Shown in pieces: positions 9,201 to 17,760 of a stretch of 64,000 nt of DNA. The stretch lies in IMG/VR virus record IMGVR_UViG_2934051868_000003, positions 1 to 64,000 of that record, one strand, 5' to 3'. A program made the position numbers and the translations under genes. The notes beneath the pieces are model-generated. The model did no database searches, was not told where the DNA came from, and was given only the letters and a program-made list of their open reading frames with translations. Every line of letters starts with the position of its first letter. Positions within the stretch are counted from its first letter, which is position 1. Source of the DNA: a virus (lineage: Duplodnaviria; Caudoviricetes).

Positions 9201-9700
9201 CCGACACCATCGAGCACGTCGACCCGTACGACCACCTCGACCGGTTCGACTACGACGGCTGGCTCGCCGCCGCGCCGCCCGCCGTGTTCGGGCCCGCCAT
9301 CCACACCACCCTCACCACCGTCCTCGGCCTCACCGAGCAGCAGCGCGCCGACCTGAACGCCGCGTTCCAGGCCGCCGCCGACCGCATCGACCGGGAGTCC
9401 GGCGACCTGTGGGAGCGCATCGACGAGGCGCTGTTCGACCACCCGATCGGCCGTTCGTCGTCGTGCGCCGGCATCACCGACGTCGAGCCGTGGGCGACCG
9501 CGGTCCGTATCCGGGTCGGTGAGGGTCCGTCGCTGGTGTTGCAGGCGGTCGCCCTCCGCGACCACAAGGCGATCACGGCCGCCGATTTCGAGGCGTTGAC
9601 GGGCTGGTGGACCGGGGCGGGGATGCCGCTGCCGGAGCCGATCAGCGACACCGACCGGCAGACGCTGGCCGCGTGGTGGGCGGGACAGGGCATCCGATGA
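9197..9700 (+). CDS. hypothetical protein
   Basis: ATGA coupling, GC3 bias. Confidence 0.75.
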   Translation: MTDTIEHVDPYDHLDRFDYDGWLAAAPPAVFGPAIHTTLTTVLGLTEQQRADLNAAFQAAADRIDRESGDLWERIDEALFDHPIGRSSSCAGITDVEPWATAVRIRVGEGPSLVLQAVALRDHKAITAADFEALTGWWTGAGMPLPEPISDTDRQTLAAWWAGQGIR

Positions 9701-10365
9701 CCCACCCCGACTGGCCGGACTGGACGGCCGACGAGCAGGCCACCGCGCGACGACTCGTCGACCGCGCCACCAACGCACTCGCCTCCGACTGCTACAGCCA
9801 GCAGCCGCCCATGCTCGCCGCGCTCGAAGGCGTCTACTACGGCTACCCGCTGCACCCGCACGCCAGCCCGGCCGTACAAGCTGCCATCGACGGCGCGTCG
9901 ATCGCCGGGATGCTCACCCTCGACATGGCTAACCCGTCGGGGTGGGCGCTGACCGAGACGGGTAAGCAGCGGCTCGCCGAACTGTGGGGGCCGGATCGTG
10001 TGCCCCCAGGTGAGGGCGGTTATGTGTCGTGCTGGCTACACGGGGTGTACGAGGCGTGCCCGGGTGACCTGTGGGCGTGCCCCCTGCGCCCTGACTGCGA
10101 CGCCGCCGACGGCGAGCAGGCGTGGCGGCAGGTGCTCGCCGCCGCCGACCACGATCCGGTCCTCGCCCAGGTGCTCGACGCCGCCGACCAGCAGCGGCGG
10201 GCCGAGTTCGCGGGCCGGATGCTGCTGAACGCCGAACAGTCCGGGCCCGTCGTGCAGCCCACGGTGCGGCGCCGTCCGGCGTGGCTGCGCCGCATCGCGC
10301 TCATCACCGCCGCGGCCGGGTTCCTGGCCGTGATCACCATCCTCGCCGCGAACAGTGCGGCCTAA
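9697..10365 (+). CDS. hypothetical protein with C-terminal TM helix
   Basis: ATGA coupling; hydrophobic C-terminus. Confidence 0.7.
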   Translation: MTHPDWPDWTADEQATARRLVDRATNALASDCYSQQPPMLAALEGVYYGYPLHPHASPAVQAAIDGASIAGMLTLDMANPSGWALTETGKQRLAELWGPDRVPPGEGGYVSCWLHGVYEACPGDLWACPLRPDCDAADGEQAWRQVLAAADHDPVLAQVLDAADQQRRAEFAGRMLLNAEQSGPVVQPTVRRRPAWLRRIALITAAAGFLAVITILAANSAA

Positions 10366-10385
10366 ACCGAAGAGGGAGAACCCCG

Positions 10386-10535
10386 ATGGCGAAGACCCCG
10401 GAGCAGAAGGGCCGCTGGGCGGAGAAGGAGTGGCTGAAGTACGGGATGCCGGCGGACAAGGCCGCCCGGCACGGCCGTGAGGTCACCGAGACGGAGCGGC
10501 AGCGCGACCAGAACAACAGCAGCAGCAACGAGTAG
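10386..10535 (+). CDS. small protein (49 aa)
   Basis: GAGGGAG RBS; MAKTPEQKGRW... Confidence 0.7.
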   Translation: MAKTPEQKGRWAEKEWLKYGMPADKAARHGREVTETERQRDQNNSSSNE

Positions 10536-10669
10536 CGGCGCGTGTGGGGCGGCCTGAGCCCTGGAAAAGCTGGCCGCCCCACACCAGTCCCCAACCAGAG
10601 GACCACGCCCGAACGCGATCGGAAGTCGCCGGGCGAAGGTCCGACTCACACCCCATGAGGAGCCGAACC

Positions 10670-10810
10670 ATGTCGAACGTTAGCAAGCTCGCCGCGAACT
10701 GGAAGGCCGCGCAGAACCTCGCCCAGCAGGTCGGCGGCCGGGAAGCCACCCGCCAGGCCGAAGAGGCACGCAAGGCGCTCGCCGCCGCGGTGAAGGGCGG
10801 GAAGCGGTGA
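10670..10810 (+). CDS. small basic protein (46 aa)
   Basis: GAGGAG RBS; MSNVSKLAANW... Confidence 0.7.
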   Translation: MSNVSKLAANWKAAQNLAQQVGGREATRQAEEARKALAAAVKGGKR

Positions 10811-11019
10811 ACGGGATCCGCAAGACGACCTCGGCGCTGTCGCTGCTCGCCACCGCCGCCGGCGTTGCCCTGTTCCTCGCCTACCTGGCCACCGGGGGCG
10901 GCTACAACCCGCAGCCCGTCACCGTCGCCGGGATGACCCTGCCCGTCGGGGTGGTGCTGGCCGCCGCCGGGATCGTCGCCCTGGTCGTCACCACCCCGCC
11001 CCGCCGGCAGGTGCCGTAG
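10807..11019 (+). CDS. small two-TM membrane protein
   Basis: GTGA coupling, two hydrophobic segments. Confidence 0.75.
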   Translation: MNGIRKTTSALSLLATAAGVALFLAYLATGGGYNPQPVTVAGMTLPVGVVLAAAGIVALVVTTPPRRQVP

Positions 11020-11164
11020 TGGGCGGCCAGCAGTCGGCGGTGCCGGGCGCGGATGTTCGCCGGGGCACCGTCACCTACGACCACAAGGCGCGGGAGTGGG
11101 TGGCCGACCACAGCTCCGCCGCGAACAAGCCGCTGCGCCCGTTCGGCTCGAAGGGGAGCAGCCG

Positions 11165-11374
11165 GTGACCGCCCCGGCCCGGCAGCGTCCCGCCGACGTC
11201 GCCGCCATGGTGCGCGCCCAGGTCGCCGCCGGGCAGCACCCCACCGTCACCGTGGAAGGCTCGCCCGGCTGGTGGGTGCTCGACACCACCGCCGACCGGG
11301 CCACCGTGTACCGGGACGGGCACACACAAACCGTGCCGTGGACGTCCGTGCAAGTCGACCGGGAGACGCTGTGA
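11165..11374 (+). CDS. hypothetical protein
   Basis: GGGGAG RBS, GTGA coupling. Confidence 0.65.
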   Translation: MTAPARQRPADVAAMVRAQVAAGQHPTVTVEGSPGWWVLDTTADRATVYRDGHTQTVPWTSVQVDRETL

Positions 11375-11528
11375 CGGCGGGCGAGTGGCGGGCTGGGGCC
11401 GCCCTGTACGGGCGGCCCCGACGCCGGCCGGTCGTGTTGGAGCCGCGGCCGGTACGCTGCCCAGCCTGCCTGGAAGAGGGCCCCTGCCCGGTCGACTGCC
11501 CCGAACGGCGCCGGCGGAAGGACTGACC

Positions 11529-11873
11529 GTGCCGCTGCTGCGCGAACCCGCCCTGTGCTGGGTGCTGCTCGTCCACCGTGACTGCGACGGCGAGTTGGTG
11601 GACTTCCACTGGCCGTCGACCAATCCGATGTCGCTGCGGACGATCGAAGCAGTGCGGTGGCATCTGTTCGCGCAGCAGCCGCACCGCAACCCGCCCCGGC
11701 CGTATCTGGAAGACGAGCCGTGCCTGACCGTGCGGTGCGGCAGGTGCGGGCTGCGGTTGGGTGGTGGGGAGCATTTCGCCGACGACGTGCACGCGTGGGA
11801 TGCGGCAGCAGAAGACGGCTGGCAGGAGGACGTGTGCCCGACCTGCCAGCCGTCGCTTCGCTCGTCGGGTTAG
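11529..11873 (+). CDS. putative zinc-binding protein (CxxC...CxxC)
   Basis: AAGGA RBS; CGRC and CPTC. Confidence 0.65.
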   Translation: MPLLREPALCWVLLVHRDCDGELVDFHWPSTNPMSLRTIEAVRWHLFAQQPHRNPPRPYLEDEPCLTVRCGRCGLRLGGGEHFADDVHAWDAAAEDGWQEDVCPTCQPSLRSSG

Positions 11874-12130
11874 GTCTGCTCCGCTTGCCGCTGAACCTTG
11901 GGGGACGCGAATCCGCCTTTGCGGGCGGGGGGCACGTCGTCGGGGCGGAGGTTGCGTACGTGGGCGGTGGAGCGGCCGACGCGCATGGCGATTTCGGTGG
12001 GGGTGACATTGCCGCGCCAGGCGGCTTCGATGGCGGCCCGTTCGCGCTGGTCGAGGTGGGCGGCCTGCTTGTTGAGGCGGCGGCGAGCTGCGGCTACGGC
12101 GTCGAGTTCGGCCCGGATCTCGTCAGTCAT
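11870..12130 (-). CDS. small HTH regulator, likely leaderless
   Basis: GNVTPTEIAMRVGRSTAHVRNL HTH; TATGCT 6 nt upstream of ATG. Confidence 0.75.
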   Translation of the reverse strand: MTDEIRAELDAVAAARRRLNKQAAHLDQRERAAIEAAWRGNVTPTEIAMRVGRSTAHVRNLRPDDVPPARKGGFASPKVQRQAEQT

Positions 12131-12244
12131 GGAAAGAGCATAGCGCTTCGCTGTTGCGCAACGCCAGCAGGTGCTCTACGCTGAAATTAGCGAAACGGCA
12201 TAGCGCAAACTCTTAGCGCACAGTTGGGACCGAGGAGAGCCGAC

Positions 12245-12379
12245 ATGGCCGACACCTACATGGACGAGCAGGGCAACGAGATCTGCGACCAGTGCGATGA
12301 GGAACTGGGCTACTGCACCTGCGACTGCGACAACTGCGGCGACAACATCCACGAATGCGCCTGCGGCCAGAACGACTGA
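12245..12379 (+). CDS. 44-aa acidic Cys-rich microprotein
   Basis: GAGGAG RBS; MADTYMDEQGNEICDQCDEELGYCTCDCDNCGDNIHECACGQND; read by hand. Confidence 0.75.
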   Translation: MADTYMDEQGNEICDQCDEELGYCTCDCDNCGDNIHECACGQND

Positions 12380-12476
12380 CCGACCCGGCCTCCGTGTCCT
12401 TGCCGTGAGGGTGTCGCATCGAATGCGGCCGGAGGCACCACAAACCATCCCACCAGCGCGAGGAAGGCGCACACCG

Positions 12477-12917
12477 ATGACGACCACGATCAGCCACTAC
12501 GCCCGCACCGCCGAAGCCCACCGCGTCCAGGCCATGTACGCCGAGAGCGTCCACGAGCAGATGCACTGGGACGCCGAAGCCCACCGGTTCGCTCAGCTCG
12601 CCGAAATCGAAACCGTCGACCCGGCCGCCGCGCGTGCCGCATACCGGCCCACCCGCGCCTACGACCCCGACATGCCGATAGTGCAGCACCACGGCGAAGG
12701 CATCCGGATCGTCACCGCCGCCCACGGCGACCAGACCTTCAACGCGGACCGGCTCGAAACCGCCTGGCTGCTCCGGCTCGACATGTCGACGCGGGACGTG
12801 ACCCGGGAGTTGGCGTACGTGCTGCGCAGCGAGCACGCCTACCTCGACGCCATCAGCTACGCCATCGCCGCGGACGCGCTGGTGCGCGCCGGCATCGACC
12901 CCAGCACGGAGCAGTGA
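12477..12917 (+). CDS. hypothetical protein
   Basis: RBS and GC3 bias. Confidence 0.75.
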   Translation: MTTTISHYARTAEAHRVQAMYAESVHEQMHWDAEAHRFAQLAEIETVDPAAARAAYRPTRAYDPDMPIVQHHGEGIRIVTAAHGDQTFNADRLETAWLLRLDMSTRDVTRELAYVLRSEHAYLDAISYAIAADALVRAGIDPSTEQ

Positions 12918-12918
12918 C

Positions 12919-13353
12919 ATGCCCACCACCGGAAAGACCGTCCGGGTTCGCGGCGGCGAATGGACCTTGCAGCGCCTCTCCGGCAACCTGCCGTGGCAGG
13001 TCACCCACCTGCCCACCCAGATTACGTTCCGCGAGACGTCCCAGCGTGAAGCCCGCAACCGGATCACCTCCGGCTGGTACGCGCAGCAGATCACCGACCG
13101 GATGCGCCCGCAGCCTCCGTCCCGGCGGGACTGGTGGCAGGACCCGATCAGCGGTGTGTGGCACCTGTGGACCGGCGGGCTGTTCGACTGGACGTGCTGG
13201 GTGCACCAGCGGGTGTGCTCCCCAACGGCGCCGGTCGCCGGCGACGACATCCTGCGCATGGCCGCCCGCGACGAGCAGGTCACCGACGACGTGTTTGTGA
13301 TGCTGCGGCAGGCCACCGAAAACCGGCCCATCGACCTCGGAAAGGAGCGGTGA
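12919..13353 (+). CDS. hypothetical protein
   Basis: GGAG RBS, tight packing. Confidence 0.7.
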   Translation: MPTTGKTVRVRGGEWTLQRLSGNLPWQVTHLPTQITFRETSQREARNRITSGWYAQQITDRMRPQPPSRRDWWQDPISGVWHLWTGGLFDWTCWVHQRVCSPTAPVAGDDILRMAARDEQVTDDVFVMLRQATENRPIDLGKER

Positions 13354-13355
13354 CG

Positions 13356-13565
13356 ATGCCGCAGACGAAGACCGCGAAGGATCTGCCGCCCGGCGCCGAG
13401 GTCCAGACCTTCTGGACCACCTGGACGAAAGTCCGGCCCGGCGTGTGGCTGAACGGCCTTGAAGACACGATGACCGACACGGAGGTGGACGGGCTGCTCG
13501 CCTCCGGCGGCATGCTCACCCGCGTCCCCACCAGCACCTGCACGAAGGAGGCCGACCGTGGCTGA
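13356..13565 (+). CDS. hypothetical protein
   Basis: AAGGAG RBS. Confidence 0.7.
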   Translation: MPQTKTAKDLPPGAEVQTFWTTWTKVRPGVWLNGLEDTMTDTEVDGLLASGGMLTRVPTSTCTKEADRG

Positions 13566-13833
13566 GCAGGCGACCACCGTCGACATTCTCGTTGCCGCCC
13601 TCGACGACGACCTGTGGCAGGAAAACGACCACCACACCACCTGCGAATACAACCACCGGCTCCTCGGCCTGTCCGAGCCGCTGCGGGACGTCACCGAGCA
13701 GGCAAATGCAGCCGCCGAGGCCGGGCTGATCCGGCTACACGTTGGCGCTCATGGCGGACGGCAGTGGGAGATCACCGACGCGGGCCGGTTCGCGCTCGCC
13801 GAACACGACGCGAAGGAGAACCACCGTGGATGA
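13558..13833 (+). CDS. hypothetical protein (possible winged helix)
   Basis: AAGGAGG RBS; AGLI...WEITDAGR. Confidence 0.7.
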   Translation: MAEQATTVDILVAALDDDLWQENDHHTTCEYNHRLLGLSEPLRDVTEQANAAAEAGLIRLHVGAHGGRQWEITDAGRFALAEHDAKENHRG

Positions 13834-14044
13834 CACGACGCTGTGCCGCAGCCAATCCCGGTACGGGAAGTGCGGGCGCACCCACAACCACAACACACCG
13901 CACGCCGTCCCGATCGGCGACGGCATCTGGTACGGCTACGAGCGGGGCGGGAAGCCGATCGGCTACGGCTACTTCACCGGCGACACGTTCATCCCGGCGG
14001 AACCGGTGGGCGCGACCGGCAGCCAGGCGGCAGACCGTGGCTGA
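13826..14044 (+). CDS. hypothetical protein
   Basis: AAGGAG RBS. Confidence 0.65.
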   Translation: MDDTTLCRSQSRYGKCGRTHNHNTPHAVPIGDGIWYGYERGGKPIGYGYFTGDTFIPAEPVGATGSQAADRG

Positions 14045-14366
14045 CCCGACCGACGATCGGCCCGGCTACGAGTTGCGCGGCTACGCCCCACTTCCGCCAC
14101 GCTGGCCCGGCCCCATCGCCGACCCGAACATGCCCCACGGCGCGTACCGGCGCCACCCCGGCTACCAGCCGCCTCGCCGGCCGCTGCTCGACGACAACGC
14201 CCGTCTGTCCGGGCTGATCGCCGCCGCCGTGCTCGGCCTGGCCGTGCTGGTTGTGGTGGTGTTGACGGTGCCGGTGCTGCTGTGCCCCCTCGCGGTGCTG
14301 GTGTTCGCTGTGGGCGGTGTGGTGGCGCGTCGGGGCGGGTGGAGGCCGCGGCAGCGGTTGTTGTAG
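14037..14366 (+). CDS. membrane protein
   Basis: 8-nt overlap; long hydrophobic C-terminus. Confidence 0.65.
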   Translation: MADPTDDRPGYELRGYAPLPPRWPGPIADPNMPHGAYRRHPGYQPPRRPLLDDNARLSGLIAAAVLGLAVLVVVVLTVPVLLCPLAVLVFAVGGVVARRGGWRPRQRLL

Positions 14367-14412
14367 GTGGGGGCCGGCTGCCGGTTGGTGGTCGGCCTTC
14401 TTCACACCACGC

Positions 14413-14441
14413 TTGCTAACCTGGCGCTATAGATATAGCAT
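14413..14441 (+). promoter_or_regulatory. Promoter TTGCTA-17nt-TAGCAT with overlapping palindrome GCTATAGATATAGC
   Basis: Palindrome at 14426-14439 in an AT-rich intergenic gap. Confidence 0.6.
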
Positions 14442-14467
14442 TGCGGTATAGACATCAGGAGGAGCCC

Positions 14468-14842
14468 ATGACCCGGCGCACGGACCCCGTCATCATCGAA
14501 CTCAACTGCGAAGCCAACCCCTCCACCGACACCGTGGAAATCGACCGCGCCGAGTGGAACGCCATGACCCCCGGCGAACGCGCCGCAATGATCGACGCGA
14601 TGGTCGACGAGCACATCGGCAACTCCGGCGGCGCCGGCTGGCACATCGACGACGAAAACGACTACGCCACCGTCGGCACCGCGCCCGCGAAGATTCCGCT
14701 GCCCCTCGCCGACAACAACGCCGCCCTCGAAGCGGTCTCCGCGTGGCTCGCCGACCCGCGCAGCCCTAGCGGGGACGTGGACACCAGCGCCCGGCACCTT
14801 CTCGCCCGCCTCGACGCCGCCCTCGCCGGAAAGAAGCCGTGA
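14468..14842 (+). CDS. hypothetical protein
   Basis: AGGAGGAG RBS. Confidence 0.75.
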   Translation: MTRRTDPVIIELNCEANPSTDTVEIDRAEWNAMTPGERAAMIDAMVDEHIGNSGGAGWHIDDENDYATVGTAPAKIPLPLADNNAALEAVSAWLADPRSPSGDVDTSARHLLARLDAALAGKKP

Positions 14843-14879
14843 CCGTTACGGCCAACGCCGCCCGCGTCGCCGAAGGGAA

Positions 14880-15170
14880 GTGACAACCATGAGCGACACC
14901 AGTCAGCCCGCCGACGTCGAGCAGTGGGCCGCCCGCAACCTCACCCGACAGATCACCGACACCGCCGCCCGCATCGACGACCTCGCCGACACCATCCGCC
15001 GCTACGCCGAAGACGTGGCACGAGTTAACGGCACCGCCGGACGCCCCGACTACGCCACCGTCGTTGCCAGGGTCATCAACGAGGTCAACACGACCTTGAT
15101 GAACCTCAGCCTCGGCTCTCTGGCGACCGGGGCCATCACCGCCGACACCGCACGCATCAAGGGGGAGTGA
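14880..15170 (+). CDS. hypothetical helical protein
   Basis: ORF track, GC3 bias. Confidence 0.7.
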   Translation: MTTMSDTSQPADVEQWAARNLTRQITDTAARIDDLADTIRRYAEDVARVNGTAGRPDYATVVARVINEVNTTLMNLSLGSLATGAITADTARIKGE

Positions 15171-15454
15171 CTGCCATGCCGGACATCTCCGCCACGGTCA
15201 GCCTCAACGCCGCCATCGAACACGACTTCCACGGCGGCAACCACCGCGTGTACGCCACCCTCAACATCGGCGACGCCCCGCTCGCCCGCTGGGACATCAC
15301 CGACCGGCAGAACGAGCTGGCCGAGCAGCCCGGCGACTACTGGACGCCCGGCGACCGCGAGAGCCACGAACGCGCCTGGCTGAGCGTGTTCATGGCCGCC
15401 CGGTTAAAGCCGCTGTTCGCCGGGCTCGGCGACGCTACGGCGGTGGGGGAGTGA
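15167..15454 (+). CDS. hypothetical protein
   Basis: GTGA coupling. Confidence 0.7.
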   Translation: MTAMPDISATVSLNAAIEHDFHGGNHRVYATLNIGDAPLARWDITDRQNELAEQPGDYWTPGDRESHERAWLSVFMAARLKPLFAGLGDATAVGE

Positions 15455-15660
15455 CCGCCGCGAGCTGGGTTCAAGTCGGTGCCGCAGTCACCGAACACAC
15501 CTACAGCGCTAGCGGAGGCACCTTCACGCCCGCGACCATCAGCCGGCTCACCGCAACGCTGATCGTTCTCGACAACGGCAACCGCTACCGCCGCGACACC
15601 CTGCGCCCTCCCGGCGACAGCAGCTACAACCGGCGGCTCATCCAGCGGGAGGAGCCGTGA
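15451..15660 (+). CDS. small beta-barrel-like hypothetical protein
   Basis: GTGA coupling. Confidence 0.7.
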   Translation: MTAASWVQVGAAVTEHTYSASGGTFTPATISRLTATLIVLDNGNRYRRDTLRPPGDSSYNRRLIQREEP

Positions 15661-15902
15661 CTAGCCCGGAGGAGGCGTTGGCGGCGCTCACCGCCCACCA
15701 CACCCACGCCACCGCCACCCGAGCCCAGCTCGACCGCCAAGACGTCGAACACGTCGCCACCTGCCGCAACGCCGGAGCCACCTGGCAGCAGATCGCCAAA
15801 GCGTTGGGCATCAAACAGCCGTCGGCCGTCCGCAAATACCTGCCGCTCATCGAACAGGTACGCACCGTCCGACCCAAAACCCGCAGCGAGGAGAAGCCGT
15901 GA
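15657..15902 (+). CDS. HTH DNA-binding protein
   Basis: RNAGATWQQIAKALGIKQPSAVRKY. Confidence 0.8.
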   Translation: MTSPEEALAALTAHHTHATATRAQLDRQDVEHVATCRNAGATWQQIAKALGIKQPSAVRKYLPLIEQVRTVRPKTRSEEKP

Positions 15903-16210
15903 CCGATCTCAACGAACTCACCCGCGCCACGAACACCCCCACCAACCCTCACACCAGCGAACACCACATCACCGTTGCGGGGCTGAGAGGCATCCTCGCC
16001 GGCCTGCCCGACGACGCCGTGATCGTGCTCGCGAAGGACGCCGAAGGCAACGGCTTCTCGCCCCTGTCCGGCCCGGTCGGCGTCTACTGGTACCGGCCGG
16101 AGTCGACGTGGGCGGGGGAGGTGCACCCGATCGGTGAGGACGCCGACGGGGACGTGTACGAGCCGGACGGCGACGAGCTGATCGCTGTCGTGCTCGACCC
16201 AACGAACTGA
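15899..16210 (+). CDS. hypothetical phage protein
   Basis: DAEGNGFSPL motif; GTGA coupling. Confidence 0.75.
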   Translation: MTDLNELTRATNTPTNPHTSEHHITVAGLRGILAGLPDDAVIVLAKDAEGNGFSPLSGPVGVYWYRPESTWAGEVHPIGEDADGDVYEPDGDELIAVVLDPTN

Positions 16211-16225
16211 TCAACGCGCGCGAAG

Positions 16226-16252
16226 GCCGCCCACCTGATCGAGGTGGGCGGC
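16226..16252. terminator. Hairpin between convergent transcription units
   Basis: GCCGCCCACCT/AGGTGGGCGGC stem. Confidence 0.7.
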
Positions 16253-16256
16253 TTCG

Positions 16257-16454
16257 TCATTCGCACCTGTCTTCGGCGCCGCGTCCGTGCGGCTCGCAGC
16301 AATCCGCCCGATGCACGAACACCAGCAGCTCCCGGCCACCACGGCGCACCCGATCCGACGTCCGCACGTAAAGGCACACGCCGGCCACAACGGTTTCACC
16401 GCCGCCCTCGACGGTCTGCCCGTCGTACGGGCCGCCCCGCAACACCACCACCAC
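16257..16454 (-). CDS. small hypothetical protein
   Basis: LRGGPYDG motif. Confidence 0.5.
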   Translation of the reverse strand: MVVVLRGGPYDGQTVEGGGETVVAGVCLYVRTSDRVRRGGRELLVFVHRADCCEPHGRGAEDRCE

Positions 16455-16493
16455 ACGCGCGAGGTTAGCCGGGCCAGGCTTCCTTCCGCCTGG

Positions 16494-17285
16494 CTACAGA
16501 TCGCCGCTGACGGTGAAACCCTCACCGATCAACCAGTCATCAAGATTGCCGGCAGGGCAGTCCTCCTGAACCTTGAGGAGCACCTTCCCGGGCCACTTCC
16601 ACCGCCGCTTCGGGTTCCGACGGTATGCGTCGTAGTAGGCGTCCACGCTCGCCGTGGCGGCCCGCCATACCGGGGGATTGCCTTCGTTGGGCAACACGCT
16701 GCCGCCGATAAGTTGCCTGAACCTCGCTCGATCCTCGGTCCGCCAATCGACGCGCTCGCTGTCGTCGTCGGGTCCGTCGGGAAACCAGCCGTCGTCAGCA
16801 TCGAAAAGTTCCTCTGTGATGTCGTCCGCGACTCCGCTTGCGGAGTCGGCGCAGGACGGGACGGGACCACTTTCAGTGTTGTTCTCTACCTTGGTGTTCT
16901 CACCGGTGTTGTTCTTAGGTGCTGATCCACCGTCGGCGGAGGGGCCGTCGTCAGTTTTACCGTCGTCAGAAAACCTGCCACCGGTACTGACCTGCGGAAA
17001 CTCCACGATCTCGTAGTCGTAGGCACCGAACCGGCCGTTGCTGCGCTGCTGGTGTCGCACCAGATAGCCGAGCCGTTCGACCTCGCGGATCGCCGACCGG
17101 ATAGCCGTGATTCCCTGCGGGTGTTCGGCGAGCATCTGCCGGACGGTCAGCCGGTACGCGGCGGCGTGCGAGCAGATGTAGGTGAGCAGTCCGAGCCCGC
17201 CGATGGACAGGCGGGGGTCGCGGGTCCAGTGATTGGGGACTTGGACGAACTTCTTGGACTGCATCGGCTTGCGGATGATGGCCAT
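16494..17285 (-). CDS. HTH replication initiator (lambda O/RepA-like)
   Basis: FVQVPNHWTRDPRLS..GLGLL...AIREVERLGYL N-terminal domain; internal 15-bp-period repeats. Confidence 0.78.
   Translation of the reverse strand: MAIIRKPMQSKKFVQVPNHWTRDPRLSIGGLGLLTYICSHAAAYRLTVRQMLAEHPQGITAIRSAIREVERLGYLVRHQQRSNGRFGAYDYEIVEFPQVSTGGRFSDDGKTDDGPSADGGSAPKNNTGENTKVENNTESGPVPSCADSASGVADDITEELFDADDGWFPDGPDDDSERVDWRTEDRARFRQLIGGSVLPNEGNPPVWRAATASVDAYYDAYRRNPKRRWKWPGKVLLKVQEDCPAGNLDDWLIGEGFTVSGDL
16930..16970. repeat. Iteron-like CCGTCG(G/T)C(G/A)G repeats at 15-bp period inside the initiator gene
   Basis: Copies start at 16930, 16945, 16960. Confidence 0.6.
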
Positions 17286-17594
17286 GTCACGCCACCACCA
17301 GTCGCACAGACGTGCGGCAAGGGTATGCTTGTACCCTCAGCATGGGTCGCCTCCCGGGGCGATCAAGGGCCCGGCCGGTGTTCCACCACCGCGATTCCGG
17401 GCCCGTCTTCTTTTGTCACCTCATCCTACAGTCTGCCCGGATCGGGCTGACCAGCGCCGATGCCTGCGCGGAGTTGTTTACAGTTCCCGGCCCAGGCTTG
17501 CCGGACAGCCCGTAAACAAGCCACCCTTGACGTGGCATCCTCACCCGGACGTGGGCAGCCGAAGGGGTCGGACCGTAGGCGCGGTCCGGCCCCT

Positions 17595-17760
17595 CACCAT
17601 GTGCGGGCAGCAGAAAGCCGTTCGGAGAATCCACCGATCCTCTTCCTGCTTCGCTGGTCCGCGCCCGCTGCTTGCGCGGCGGGACTTACCGGTCCTCCAC
17701 AGGCGTTTACCGTCTCCCACGGAACTACGAGGCGACGTCATGCTGAGGTCAAGCAGCGTG
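17595..17760 (-). ncRNA. Putative omega RNA (scaffold plus guide) of the IS607-type TnpB
   Basis: 3' flank with GTAAACGCCTGTGGAG...GAAGCAGGAA...GAACGG resembling IS607 right ends; boundaries inferred. Confidence 0.55.
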
